Positions 52,607-64,000 of a stretch of DNA of 64,000 bases are shown piece by piece. How positions within the stretch are numbered: position 1 is the stretch's first letter; each line of letters opens with the position of its first letter. A program made the position numbers and the translations under genes. The notes under the pieces are model-generated. The model had not been told where the DNA came from. It did no database searches and saw only the letters and a list, made by a program, of their open reading frames with translations. The DNA lies in contig CM120641.1 of the NCBI GenBank assembly GCA_051362555.1, positions 9,796,001 to 9,860,000 of the forward strand, given 5' to 3'. The stretch comes from Lingula anatina. Its lineage: Eukaryota > Animalia > Brachiopoda.

Positions 52607-55603
52607 ACAAGTTTGAAAACAATAAAATTGCTCTCCTGTAGCTATGAGAAGTATGTAGATGTGAATTGAACTACATTACATAACAGGGACATTGTTTGCA
52701 CATTTACTGCCAGGATGAACTGTACATTGAATCTGCAATGCATTGCATTGTTTTATTTATGTATCCCACATGTGAAAAAAAAATGATATGTGCTCAAACA
52801 GTGAATGGTAATTGGAGTAGAAGGGTCTTGATACTTCCTCACATAAGTCTAGATGAACTGTTTATCTTATGCATTAAGATTTGTGCATTTAAAGGTCCAC
52901 TTAATGCCTTTGAAAAAAATTGTCTTAATATCCAGCAAAGCAACTTCACTTTCCAAATTCAGATAATCCCCTACAGATTAGAGTACGATATTTGCTTCTG
53001 ACATGTCAGAAAAACTGACTGTCTGATTGGATTATGATTTGGTTATAGCAAAACTATTTCATTAGGAAAGGTACAAAACCTCAAATGCAAGTGCATGGAA
53101 GGGTTGAGCAATGATTTATGAGTAGGAGACCTATTTTTTAAGTGAGGAAAATTATATTTGGCCTGAAAATCCTGTTTTATGAACACGCCATGCATTAATG
53201 TCCACTGCATGTTATTTCATGTACCATACGTCAGTCTGTGGGGATCTAAGGAGTTGGACAGCACTGTTTGTTTTGTGTGAATTTATTGTATTTATATATT
53301 GTATAAATTTATATATTGTTTTTGTTTAGAGGACTCAATTTAACAATAAAACATGCCAGTTGATAATTTACTTGATGTAAAAATATTGTGTATTCCAGTT
53401 TGCATTAACTTTTATTGTAAACGACATGAATAAAACTTGTCTGAAAGTCAAAGGATTTTTCATTTTATGTTGAAGTAAAACGTTCTTTGCTTGCCTTGAA
53501 TTTTTTTCTTTAAACAGGTTTATCTGTAGTGGTGCACAAGAACTTACCAAGAATGCACCCTCCCCCCCTCCATCATGCAAATTGCGCTCTAATCTAGGCA
53601 ATATATTTTTGATAGCAGATGAATGACTAGGTACCAGTGCATTGCACGTTTGAGACCTTGACAGTTTATGTGTTATTGTATTGATTATCAAAAGTAACTC
53701 TAAACCTCCTGAAGTCAATTGTCACATATGTCTTTTAGTAATTCATAATATTCTGTGAATTATGCTTATGCTGGATGATTTGTTTTCAGTGTGATATGAT
53801 ACTGCCCATGTTACAGCCAGAGGTGACAAAATTTCGTCAATGTCAAGTGAGATTATTATTATTATTATTATTTTTTTTTTTTTGATATAAAAAAATTAAA
53901 GGAGACATTTTTCAGATAAAAGCGTACCAGTTTCATCAAGAAGCAGTGCACACCATGTAGCACATTTATCGGGGATTGCCAAGGGGTTGCACAGGCTGAA
54001 AAAAGTTCTTAATATGATGGGGTAACTGAAAATGTGTACATCTAAATAAAAAGAACAAAACTCAAAAGACTTGAAAATAAAAATTCAAGACATTGTCAGA
54101 AGGTGCCGTTCCACTAGACACAGTGAAGACCGTTTTCACGGGACTTTGAATATGCACCCACTCACCCGCTGTAAAGACGTAAATAAATTGGCAGATATCC
54201 TTGCTTGTGGATAGGAGATCGATTTTCTGCTGGTAAACAGCTTTTCAAGGTCATGTATATAAGTTCTACATGCCAAAAGGGGGTCTGCTGTTAACAAAAT
54301 GCAATTATTAATTTCAAATTTTCAGTATTTGTGATTGAATAAGGGAAATGCATCGCACTAACTGTGAAATTACCTTGGCATTTATTATAAGTTTTGATAA
54401 TATTGCGAAGCTTTAATAACGATTCGGAAGTCGCAAAAGATTTTGTGGTAATTAAGGGATTTGCTGCTTTTCTCGAGAAAAAAAGTGACGTGGGTGTCGT
54501 TTATCAACTCTCAGCCTAATGAAGTTATGATGTCGAAAGTACATTAACGTTATTTAAGAAAATGTTATTGGTAGATCGGTAATCATCACAATCACGTCAT
54601 GACATTCAGGCAGTCTAGAGTGCGGCAATCTCTTCTTCTCTAGCACAATTCATTACCTTTTTCCGATTTTTTTTCAGTCTGTTTACATCGAAATATTGCG
54701 TCCTTTCAGGCACCATGTATTTTGTTATGTACTTTCGTCAACATAAAGTCTATGACGTAGCCTACATGTTATGAGGTACACGTAGTTTCTGTATAAAAAA
54801 GCAAGCTACCAATTTAAAGACACTGATTTATTATTTAAAATTATTTTCAAAATCTGTAATTTAAAATACTGTATTCATATTTGCAGTGCACAGTGCAACT
54901 GCGGTGTCAGGTACAGTGCCACAGTGAGCTGGTAGCTAAATTGTCGGCCCGTTTTGAGACATCATCTCGGCCCATAAATGGATATCTTACCGCAAGGCAT
55001 ATCTTAAGCATGTTTGATTTCGGTTTGCACTTTTTTGGATCTCTGGAGGTATAACTCCTTGGTATAACGGACCTCCCCCCTCCTCCGAAAAAGAGAAAAA
55101 AACACCGCCTACAGGCTAGAATTTACGCTTTAGAGCCGATTTATGATTAAAACGATGCCAAAGTACACTTCTTTGAAAAGATCAAACCTTCAGGAGTTAA
55201 TAGGTACCAAAAATTAATGTTGAATTTAGGGCCCTTTTTTCGGGACCAATTTTTACCAGTTTGGTGGCAGATTAATACATTCTTGATAATGAAAAAAAAA
55301 ATAGTTGCATATCATAGCAAAAACATCCTTAAAACCGAACAAAACGTTTCTAGGTATTATATAAATAAACTACTACTACTAATAATAATAATAACAAGAT
55401 TTGCACACGCAAAAGAACTTTACACGAAATATATCTTTTTAATAGCTAAGTATTTACATACAAAGTAACATCCCCATTTTAAAGAATTCTTGACCAACGT
55501 ATACAATACGTATCACGTTTTTGGCAGAACTGTTTAAGTAGTTCAGTATATTGTATTTATATTTATTTGCTTTTGTATTTATACCGAAAGTTTATCATAC
55601 AAA

Positions 55604-57072
55604 CTATACCAAGGCCAATTCGACTGAAGAATATGCAAGGATTTTGTGATGTTGAGGTAGATCGACGTCCCTCTTAGTAAACATCTTCCTCATCTCGAAC
55701 GCTATCTTGAACGTGTCTTTGTTAGTAGCCATGATTTCTTTACCAACTTCATTTTCTGTATTCAAGTACATATCGACGTTTGCATCTTGTGGAACTGATT
55801 GAAGCAGACGCACCAGGAGAAGTCTTGAGACGAGAGAAGAGTCGGCGAACAGGGGGCAAATACGATAGGAGTGCGTCGCCGCTGAGCTCGCACCATAGCC
55901 TACAATGTTTCCACTTTTGTCCAGAGCTGTGAATGATTTAACCGAAGGTCTTGCCAGCCATTTCTCAACGAAAGTGCGCCGTGGAATGGTGTGGATTTCG
56001 GCATCATATTTGACCAGCGCTTCAAAGTCTACTTTAGATGTGGGGACGATGTCAACACTGCTATCACCCTGTACACTGATGGTCGATAGATCAATACGGC
56101 CACAAACTAGAGGACATTTGTAGGTGGATACGCTGTAGCCATGCTTTTTCAGGATTTCCTCTCTATGAAGGACAGATTTTACACCAAAATTTCTTTCTCC
56201 AATAAATTCAGACCGCTTTGCCCAAAGCTGTTTTGCTAAAAAAAGTAAAACAATAATATAAAATAATATAAAGATAGCGTTAAACTTTAAGGACTCATTC
56301 CCGCAAGCTATATATTTCGCACTTTATGATAGTCTTGACACCGCTGCCACTCTCTTGATTGTTTTTCAGTGAAACACTCACCTATACCCTTTCCTCTTAG
56401 TTCCGGAATAATGGCTGCAAGACCACCAAAGGCCTCCTGGTCATTAAGGAGATTAGCCATCATGGAACCTGTCCATAATATAAATCCATTTGAAAAAATT
56501 AAAAAACCTAAAATCAGTTCAGTTAAAACGTTCAAATTCTGAAAGGGTAGGTTTCACTTCAACTTAAAAAAAGAGATTGTGTGTAAAGCCCATTTCATCA
56601 TCCGTTCTACATTTAAGTTTCGCATATTTCACTGAATACATACATTTTAATGCATTTATTCAATTTATTATGTCAAATGCAATGAAGTCATGAAAAGCTT
56701 GGACTCACCTACAACATTCCCGTCTAGTTCAGCAACAAGGAACGATTTTCCAGCAATATCTACGAAAGCCTCCACGGTCTCTTGGCTGTAATTCCAGTTC
56801 TCATGATCGTACATTTTGAACAGAATAGGGACATCTTTCTTCTCCACTTGTCGTATTTTGATTCTTGACAATATATCTCCCTCGGTACCTACTGAAAATG
56901 TCCGTGACCTTAGTTGAAAAAACGATAATCACCTTTTAGAAAATATACTTTGATTTCAGATAGCCACACATAAATATATATGAGACCAACTTACCTAACT
57001 ACAAAGCTCAACTTTAATATTGAGTTTAAATTTAAATGAACAGAACCAAGATAGAAAGCAAGACGCCATCCG
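55604..57072 (-). CDS. Tandem-GNAT acetyltransferase, YitH/HolE-like (5' end unresolved)
   Basis: Exons 56908-56709, 56468-56382 and 56235-55604 splice in frame; a possible further exon is 57072-56995. Motifs ENWNYS, FLVAELDGNVVGS, PELRGKGIAKQLW (acetyl-CoA motif A), LVKYDAEIHTIPRRTFVEKW and GNIVGYG...YRICPLFADS. No start ATG could be placed confidently. Confidence 0.8.
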
Positions 57073-59779
57073 CTGAAAAGAGAACTGGGGATTCCCCGAC
57101 TTCGGTTTGGGTCTCCTCCCTAGATCTCCATACACACATGTTGAAAATTTCTTCAAGTATATCTTAAATTTTGATAAGCCTGATTTTGACCTGAGATTTC
57201 AGAACGGATTATTCTATTTTCAAATGTTTATAATGTTTCGAAATTGGCTTTATCATATGTAAGGTTATGTGTGAGGTTAATTCATATCATTATGGTATGA
57301 ATATATTTTTATCATGCTATCATACATACTGCTGGGATAATGTCCTCTTGTTTATTATGTCACTCGAGAACACGTATCTTGATCTACATCTTGTTGTTAG
57401 TGGAATGGACATACGAGCTGCCCTTACAAGAGGACTCCATATCATCGGTATCATCTTTATTGGCCTGTCAGGTAAGTAATAAAATAACATGAATTAAGAT
57501 ATATACGCAAAGACATTTCACTGAAAGTCAGAGAAAGTTGGTAAATGGAGATGGTTTTTAGAACAGAGATTGTGGTAGTCGTTCTTCATTTACCCTTCAA
57601 CCCATCGCTCGTATTAAAACGTCCGTATGCATAATCATGAATAATGGCCAGCTAGTACGCTACTTGTCAAAGGTTCATAAATCATTTGTTTCTGTCTTTT
57701 CTTCTTTTACAATAGCAAGCGACATCCTGGAGATTAAACTGTCATGGAAAAGGGCTTATTTCCAACGAAACAATCATTCTACGTAGAGCGATCCAACTTG
57801 GCGGGGACTCTCGCTGAATGCAATCAGATTAAGAGGTAAACACGCCTCCTCTTGGCGTTGAGTAAAATACAGAAAAGCTGGGGATTCTACGAGTATGTTG
57901 GAAAAGAGGAGGCGTGTTAGTCTGTAAATCTACTTGCATTCAGGGAGAGTCCACGCCGATTTGGGTCAATCTATGTAGACCGATAGTTTCATTGGGAACA
58001 AAACCTTACGAAATAAATATAAATAAACCATTATATTGCTTTTATAGGTCTTGGCTTGATGTGCAAATTATCCGGCCTGTTAACGTGCACGCGCCTGGTT
58101 TAGGAAACTGCATATTTGTCAACCTTATTTTCTTTAATTTTCATAAAGCATTCTAAAACAAAGAATCTTCTACACTAAATCGAGATGGTATGCCCGAAAC
58201 AATAAACAGACAGTGACTTATAATAGATGTAAGACAATATACTTATATTAGAACGATGTCCACGTAGGCCTACATCACCTGTACTTATTATAAACAGTTA
58301 TCCATACTGAAACTGAATCTGGACAAGAAAAGTGTAACAGAGGCGTATGAGCTGGAGGGAAGAGGTCTTAATGCCCTCGCATTTTTTCAACCATTCATGA
58401 ACGTAAAGAACGGTTGCCCCCTCCATCCCACTCTAAATTTTGCTCCAAAAATTATTTTATAAAACATTTTAAAGCAAACACTCCAGCCTAGCTGTCAAAA
58501 CAAATGTATAAAATCTAACTGAATATTGTTAATAACATAAATGGAGACCATTGTTGTGCAATGTTGAATAAGGGAAAGCACTCCCCCTTCAAACATGGGT
58601 CCAATGTCATGTGCTTGAGCGGGATATCCCTTTCCTCTACCAAGAGCACAGATAGATTTGTCACTAGATATCCTCAGATCTCTCTGATTAAAATGACAGT
58701 ACTCTCTGTACACGTGAGAGAAGATGTCCATACATAATAAAAACTGCGACCCTGGTATAGGGTAGGATATTCACAACACTGTTATCATATAACAAGCAAA
58801 TATACATGCAGCACCACGATACTGGTATGAGGTAATAGTCTATAAGAAGTGGGGCGACAAGCTGTCTTCAATGACTCAAATGACGTATCCACACTTTACC
58901 TTCATCTCCCGGAAGGATTTCTCAACTTCCATATGTTACGCAAAACCCTCGGTAAAACCAGACTAAACTTAAAATTTATCCAACCTAAAAGGTAGTTAAA
59001 ATCATCTCTAGGTAAAAATTAATCGATCATGGCGGTTTTAGGTGTAAATCATAGTGCAAGCACCCAGAACTTATTACTATAATTAGCCGTACATGGCCGT
59101 ACAGTTGATTAGTCGCCAAACTCACGGATTTTTCAGCTGTCCTTTAGGCTGCTTATCTGGCTGTTGTTGGTATGTTGTTGCTTACAACAGTTGCACACTC
59201 ACCGCTTACTGTCCACACATAGTTTGTTATGTCACTGCTCAAATGGCGGATGGCCTGGTCGAAATGAATGAAGCACACGTGGCACAGTCGTATATATATG
59301 TGAATCTGGATGTGGACCTGAGAAAAATGCTGGAAGGTGGAGGGGGTCTGTTGAAGGCCTATAATAATAATTAGGTAAATTGTACCCTGTAGTAATGAAT
59401 CCTTTGACTGGTTAGGGGAAAGGAAACGTCTAACGATTTATGAAAAATATAGAAAAATATCAAAAATCCCTCTGCCCCATTCGTCACTGATCTCTTGATT
59501 GCATAGATTTGAACGTGACTTATACTCACCTGTCATTACAGCACTTACCTGGGAGTCTATGTCAAAGGTGTCGTGTAAATCACCCAGATAAGAAGAATTA
59601 CGGGACAAGTGGGCCTATGATGCTAAAAGAAATTAGGTCTGATATGAATGCTAGACTGACTAAGCCTGTGGAACCTAAAGATACCTAAACCATGGACCTA
59701 ACCATGCCTAAACCTAGGTAAAACGAACAGACCAACATACAGTACGTTAGTCAGGAAAACTACATAAACTAGAAGCGGA

Positions 59780-60023
59780 AGTAACCTAGATTAGGTATAA
59801 AGCATGCATACATTAAAGAATAACGCGATTAAAGATTTGATTATGAGTCTTTCAAATTTCATCTGGGGATCAATATAAAACATAGGTAACATACATAACA
59901 TAGTAAGTAGCATAACGTGAGTAACCTAGATAAGGTATAAAGCATGCATACGTTAAAGAATAACGCGAAAAAAGATTTGAATTTGAGACTTTCAAATTTC
60001 ATCTGGGGATCAATATAAAACAT
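59780..60023. repeat. Local ~103-bp direct duplication (period ~140 bp)
   Basis: GTAACCTAGAT.AGGTATAAAGCATGCATAC.TTAAAGAATAACGCGA...TTTCAAATTTCATCTGGGGATCAATATAAAACAT at ~59781 and ~59921. Confidence 0.9.
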
Positions 60024-61447
60024 GCGTGTTGGGCTTACATTGTATTCACCAAAATATGCGAAAAATACTAGCAGCCGTACCATAGATATGCATAGACGAT
60101 TTTCTTGTGTCTAGAATAATTTATATTGTCCAGCACTCACCGCGGATCTAAATTGCATTTTGTCAAGTTTCATATTCGTAAGTATTATACAGATGTAGAT
60201 TTTTTTTTCAAAACCACTTTTTTTCTCTTGATTCTGAACAGTTACGTACGTTCCCTGCATTCTAACTTAGTGCGAATTCAAGGCAGGCATTTAAAGCATT
60301 GTCTGTAAAGGCGATGTAAAGTGACTCTGATATGTATGGACAAGCTAAAAATAAATTAAGACAACATAAAATCCTTGTAGCCTGCAAAGTTATGTCACGA
60401 GAAAAAAATGGTGAATTGTTGGCAAATTGATTCTGTTGACAATTACAAGAAAAAAAGAATAAAACTAGAAAGAAGCTAAATGATGCTAAATTTTGGCATT
60501 GCACATGCGTTTTTACGGAGGCAATGCCATGAATTAATTTCGTTATTTCTTTGAGCAGGAGGGGCAGAGAAAACCTTATGTCCTCCCTCTTTTTCCCCTG
60601 TTAATCACAACGTAATAACATAACCAATGCCATAAGAGCAATTGTCGAATGCGATGATAGGCCTATTGGTATTTCAGCCTGGATCAAGCCAGGAAATTAT
60701 ATCTGATATAATTTCCTGATCAAGCCTAGCAAGAGCATGACCCACGTCACAGTTGTCAACCATGTAGGCCTACGTGTCTGATAGTGATAGTTAATTTCAC
60801 CGTGACATTTTTGTGTGGCATATAAACAAATTAAATTAACCGAAGAGAATAAAGATATCCTAGCTTTTGCAATTGTTGATTCACAAACTTGCATATCTAT
60901 GTATAAACACTTCGTCTGCGACTGAAAATATTTCATTAAAAAGTGTTCATTCCAAGTGCAGAGAGTGTACAAGAATGGGGTGTCCTTATAATTAAAATAC
61001 AAAATCTAAGTAAGATAGGCCTACATTTGCACGTACTAATAGTCAGTAGGCCTACTATACAGGCTCAGTAATTTTTTAAAAAAAATCTTATATTAGCAGT
61101 AACATTCTTCTCTAAGGGAATCAGTGAATAGACCTATATTTAAAACCTTTTTTAAAACACAAAAAGTTGCTCATGGTTGATGTAAAGCACACTCAGTACC
61201 GAGTGAAAGAGGGATCGTAGAAGGGAAGACACCGATTCTTCGCTGTAACAATCTGCAGGGATATTTAGTGACGTCACTGATTGAGTGAAAGAGCAAGGAA
61301 GACTGTCGCATTCGCAACCGGGGGTGCTCATCTCACCCATCGATCTCAAGGTTTGTCGAGCGTTCAGGAGAGTTCCATGTCTTAACAGGAAGAAGTGCGA
61401 GGCCTCTGGATCATCGTAGTTTAGAAAATATATTTTAATTCGTCAGA

Positions 61448-63796
61448 ATGGCTGCGAATATGTACCGGGTTGGAGGTAAGTATCTCAACCCATGTGCATA
61501 TGCTTGGCGGATGGATACGCGATTGTTCAGTTAAAATTCACTCCGAAAATGGTTGTGGTTTTTGTGAAAAACAGATTATTCTGTGTCTCAATTAAGGTAT
61601 TGTGTACCAAATATCACACTGGGCACAACTTTTTGTTTTTTTGAATGGAAAAGGAGTTTAATTCTTTGTTTGTCGTTATCGCAATCGCGCGCGCTTGGTA
61701 GTGATACGGCTCGATTGTGCCGCATTAAAATCGCGATATTACTGGTTGAATACTATTTTTAGGGAAGCTCAGAAGCTTTAACTCGGATCCCGAGGTTAAG
61801 CAGATTTTTGTGTTCAAGGATTTATTCTGAAATTTAGTTTTCTTTGGCTGCAATTAGTACATTTGTCTCTCGGGGACTATTTTGTGCCAATGCATTTTGC
61901 CCACCCAAAGCAATCACCCTCCTTTGTTCTTTCCTTCAGACTATGTGTACTTTGAGACATCGTCTACGTCACCATATCAGATTAGACGAATAGAAGAACT
62001 AAACAAGGTATGATTGGATTGAGGCAGTATTTTAAGTATTTAGACACATAAGTGTATTTTATAATCATAGTCTAGATCTAATATTTTTAAAGCAAAGTCT
62101 CCCATGTTTTTTTTTTTTTACGAATAATTTTGCAAGGTAATTGTAATAAGTCAGTTTCCAATCAGTGTGTATGGTATTTAACTTTTTTCATTGAATATCT
62201 TTTTTTTTTTAAGAAAAATTGCTATGTTTAGCAGATTATTACTCATTTAGTTCAAAATACCTCTTGATGCAATGTGGTTTTTTCTCTTGCAGACACCAAA
62301 TGGCAATGTGGAAGCCAAAGTCATGTGTTTCTACAGGCGCAGAGACATTTCAAACTCTCTTATCATGTTGGCAGATAAACACCAAAGTAAGAATCTTATA
62401 ATTGTTGCTTCTTTTGTGCCTTGCTTGACAATGGTGCCTTGCATGCCCCATGTGTATTGAAATTAATTCAAGTTTCTGTAAAGAAAATTGTTACCTTTCT
62501 TTTGATTTCAAACGGAACTTAGTAGAAAAACGTTGTTTTTCTCTAAGATTATGCAACTGGAATATACAATATCCTAGGTTATACAATGCACCTACTTTAG
62601 GTACACTTGAAGATGACCAAGAAATGGAGGAAAATGATGATGTATCAGAGCAGCAAAGGCATCAGCTCAAGCACAGAGAACTTTTTTTATCAAGACAAGT
62701 GGAGACATTACCTGCCACGCATATACGAGGAAAGAGTACAGTAACTTTATTGAATGAAACAGAGCTGCTAGCATCTTACTTAAATAAAGAGGTAATTGTT
62801 AATATTAGGTTCGATGCAGAAGTGGTAGAATCTTATATGAACATTGCAGCGTGAAATGGCTTGCTTACCTGGAATTTTGGAAAACATTTTAAAAGTATTA
62901 CCAGTTTTTATCATTTTTTGTGTTTACATTTTCATACAATATCCATAAGGCTGTGAACAGTATGCTTCAGTGAAGTGTGTGATGAGAAATACACAGACCT
63001 GTTCTGAGTAAATGTATGAAGTAATTTCCAATCCAGCTGTGACATTGAAATTTTAAGAGATTAAATAGGTGTGTATGGAATAATAAGAGGAAACAATACA
63101 GGGGTAAAGTTACAGACAAATTTATTTATGTCCCCATGTTAGCATTTTAACAATGGTAAAATGGCAAAATCTAATTATTTTACAGGACACATTTTTTTAT
63201 TCACTGGTGTATGATCCCCAACAGAAAACCTTACTGGCAGACAAGGGGGAGATCCGTGTGGGTGGAAGATATCAAGCAGATGTACAACCACTACTTAAAG
63301 AAGGTAAGTTTATTGTGCAAGGAATTTAACAGACATGGGGGTTTTTGTAGACAAAGTCCAGACATAGATATTTAAATAGACACCCACATGTTTAAATTAT
63401 AATGTTCTGTCATAGGTTCCCAAATTTTTTAAAAAAATTATTGTTTGCTTCAGCAGTTTTGAATGTGGACTGGCCTCTAAATCATGATCTAAGTGCTGTA
63501 ATTATTGTTTGAAAATTTACCCATTACATTTGACATTTAGGTTGAAAGAAATTTTAAGTTTAATTTCACTGGATATATGCATTTGAAATACTAATATGCA
63601 GTTATGTGTATGCAGTTAAATCCAAGGAAAAAATACTTTTATGGTAAATTGAACAAGTATTTCCTTTCCTTGATTTTTATTTTCCCTTTGCAGGTGAAAG
63701 TGATGGAAGGAAGATGGAAGACCTTGAAGAACTAGTCTGGAATCCAGAAACACATTTATCTGACAGACAGATTGACCAGTTCATGGTTATAGCCAG
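61448..63796 (+). CDS. MTA1: Metastasis-associated protein MTA1/2/3 family (NuRD subunit), 5' portion; continues beyond window
   Basis: Exons 61448-61475, 61940-62007, 62293-62386, 62601-62791, 63186-63303 and 63694-63796. [62 protein letters not shown] (BAH domain), [25 protein letters not shown] (ELM2 domain). Confidence 0.96.
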
Positions 63797-64000
63797 GCAA
63801 GTATTAGCAGTTTCAAAACAGTGGGTCAGATTAGGATTTAAATGTATTTTACACCAGTATTTCTGAGAAACTAAAAATGTTTGAGATAATTGAGATTGTG
63901 ATCAGTTAAAAGACTTCTGACAGAATTGATGAGAGAGATAAAATGAACAACATTGTCAAAAGAGAGAGGGAAAAAAGAATTCCTGTATATTTTCAAAAGG

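Noticed and set aside
54100-54230. SINE-core-like stretch (CACTCACCCGCTGTAAA)
   Set aside because: No tRNA-derived head with A/B boxes and no second copy in the window.

Overview
AT-rich, intron-containing animal genomic DNA from a marine invertebrate bilaterian (probably a lophotrochozoan; inferred from gene and repeat style, not proven). Seven protein-coding genes can be reconstructed by hand from splice signals. In order: a peripherin-2/ROM1-like tetraspanin (+, 10496-16361), a GT92-like type II membrane protein (-, 21416-23397), SART1/Snu66 (+, 25735-34036), amnionless (-, 34631-39627), POLE2 (+, 40764-52606, with an AT-AC minor-spliceosome intron and a 6.6-kb last intron), a tandem-GNAT YitH/HolE-like acetyltransferase (-, 55604-~57072) and the 5' part of MTA1 (+, 61448 to the window end). 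There is also a tRNA-Asn(GTT). Non-autonomous DNA elements are abundant: an Academ-like 2.7-kb foldback, a 4.6-kb TTAA-flanked element, two Helentron/HINE-like copies and several MITEs, plus LINE relics and microsatellites. The most intriguing locus is the invertebrate peripherin-like gene. It keeps the six intramolecular D2-loop cysteines, appears to lack the vertebrate C150 oligomerisation loop, has a Gly linker plus a very basic (KPKMK)n tail, and sits behind CRE, X-box-like and RCSI/P3-like motifs. All gene identities come from remembered family motifs; no database searches were run.
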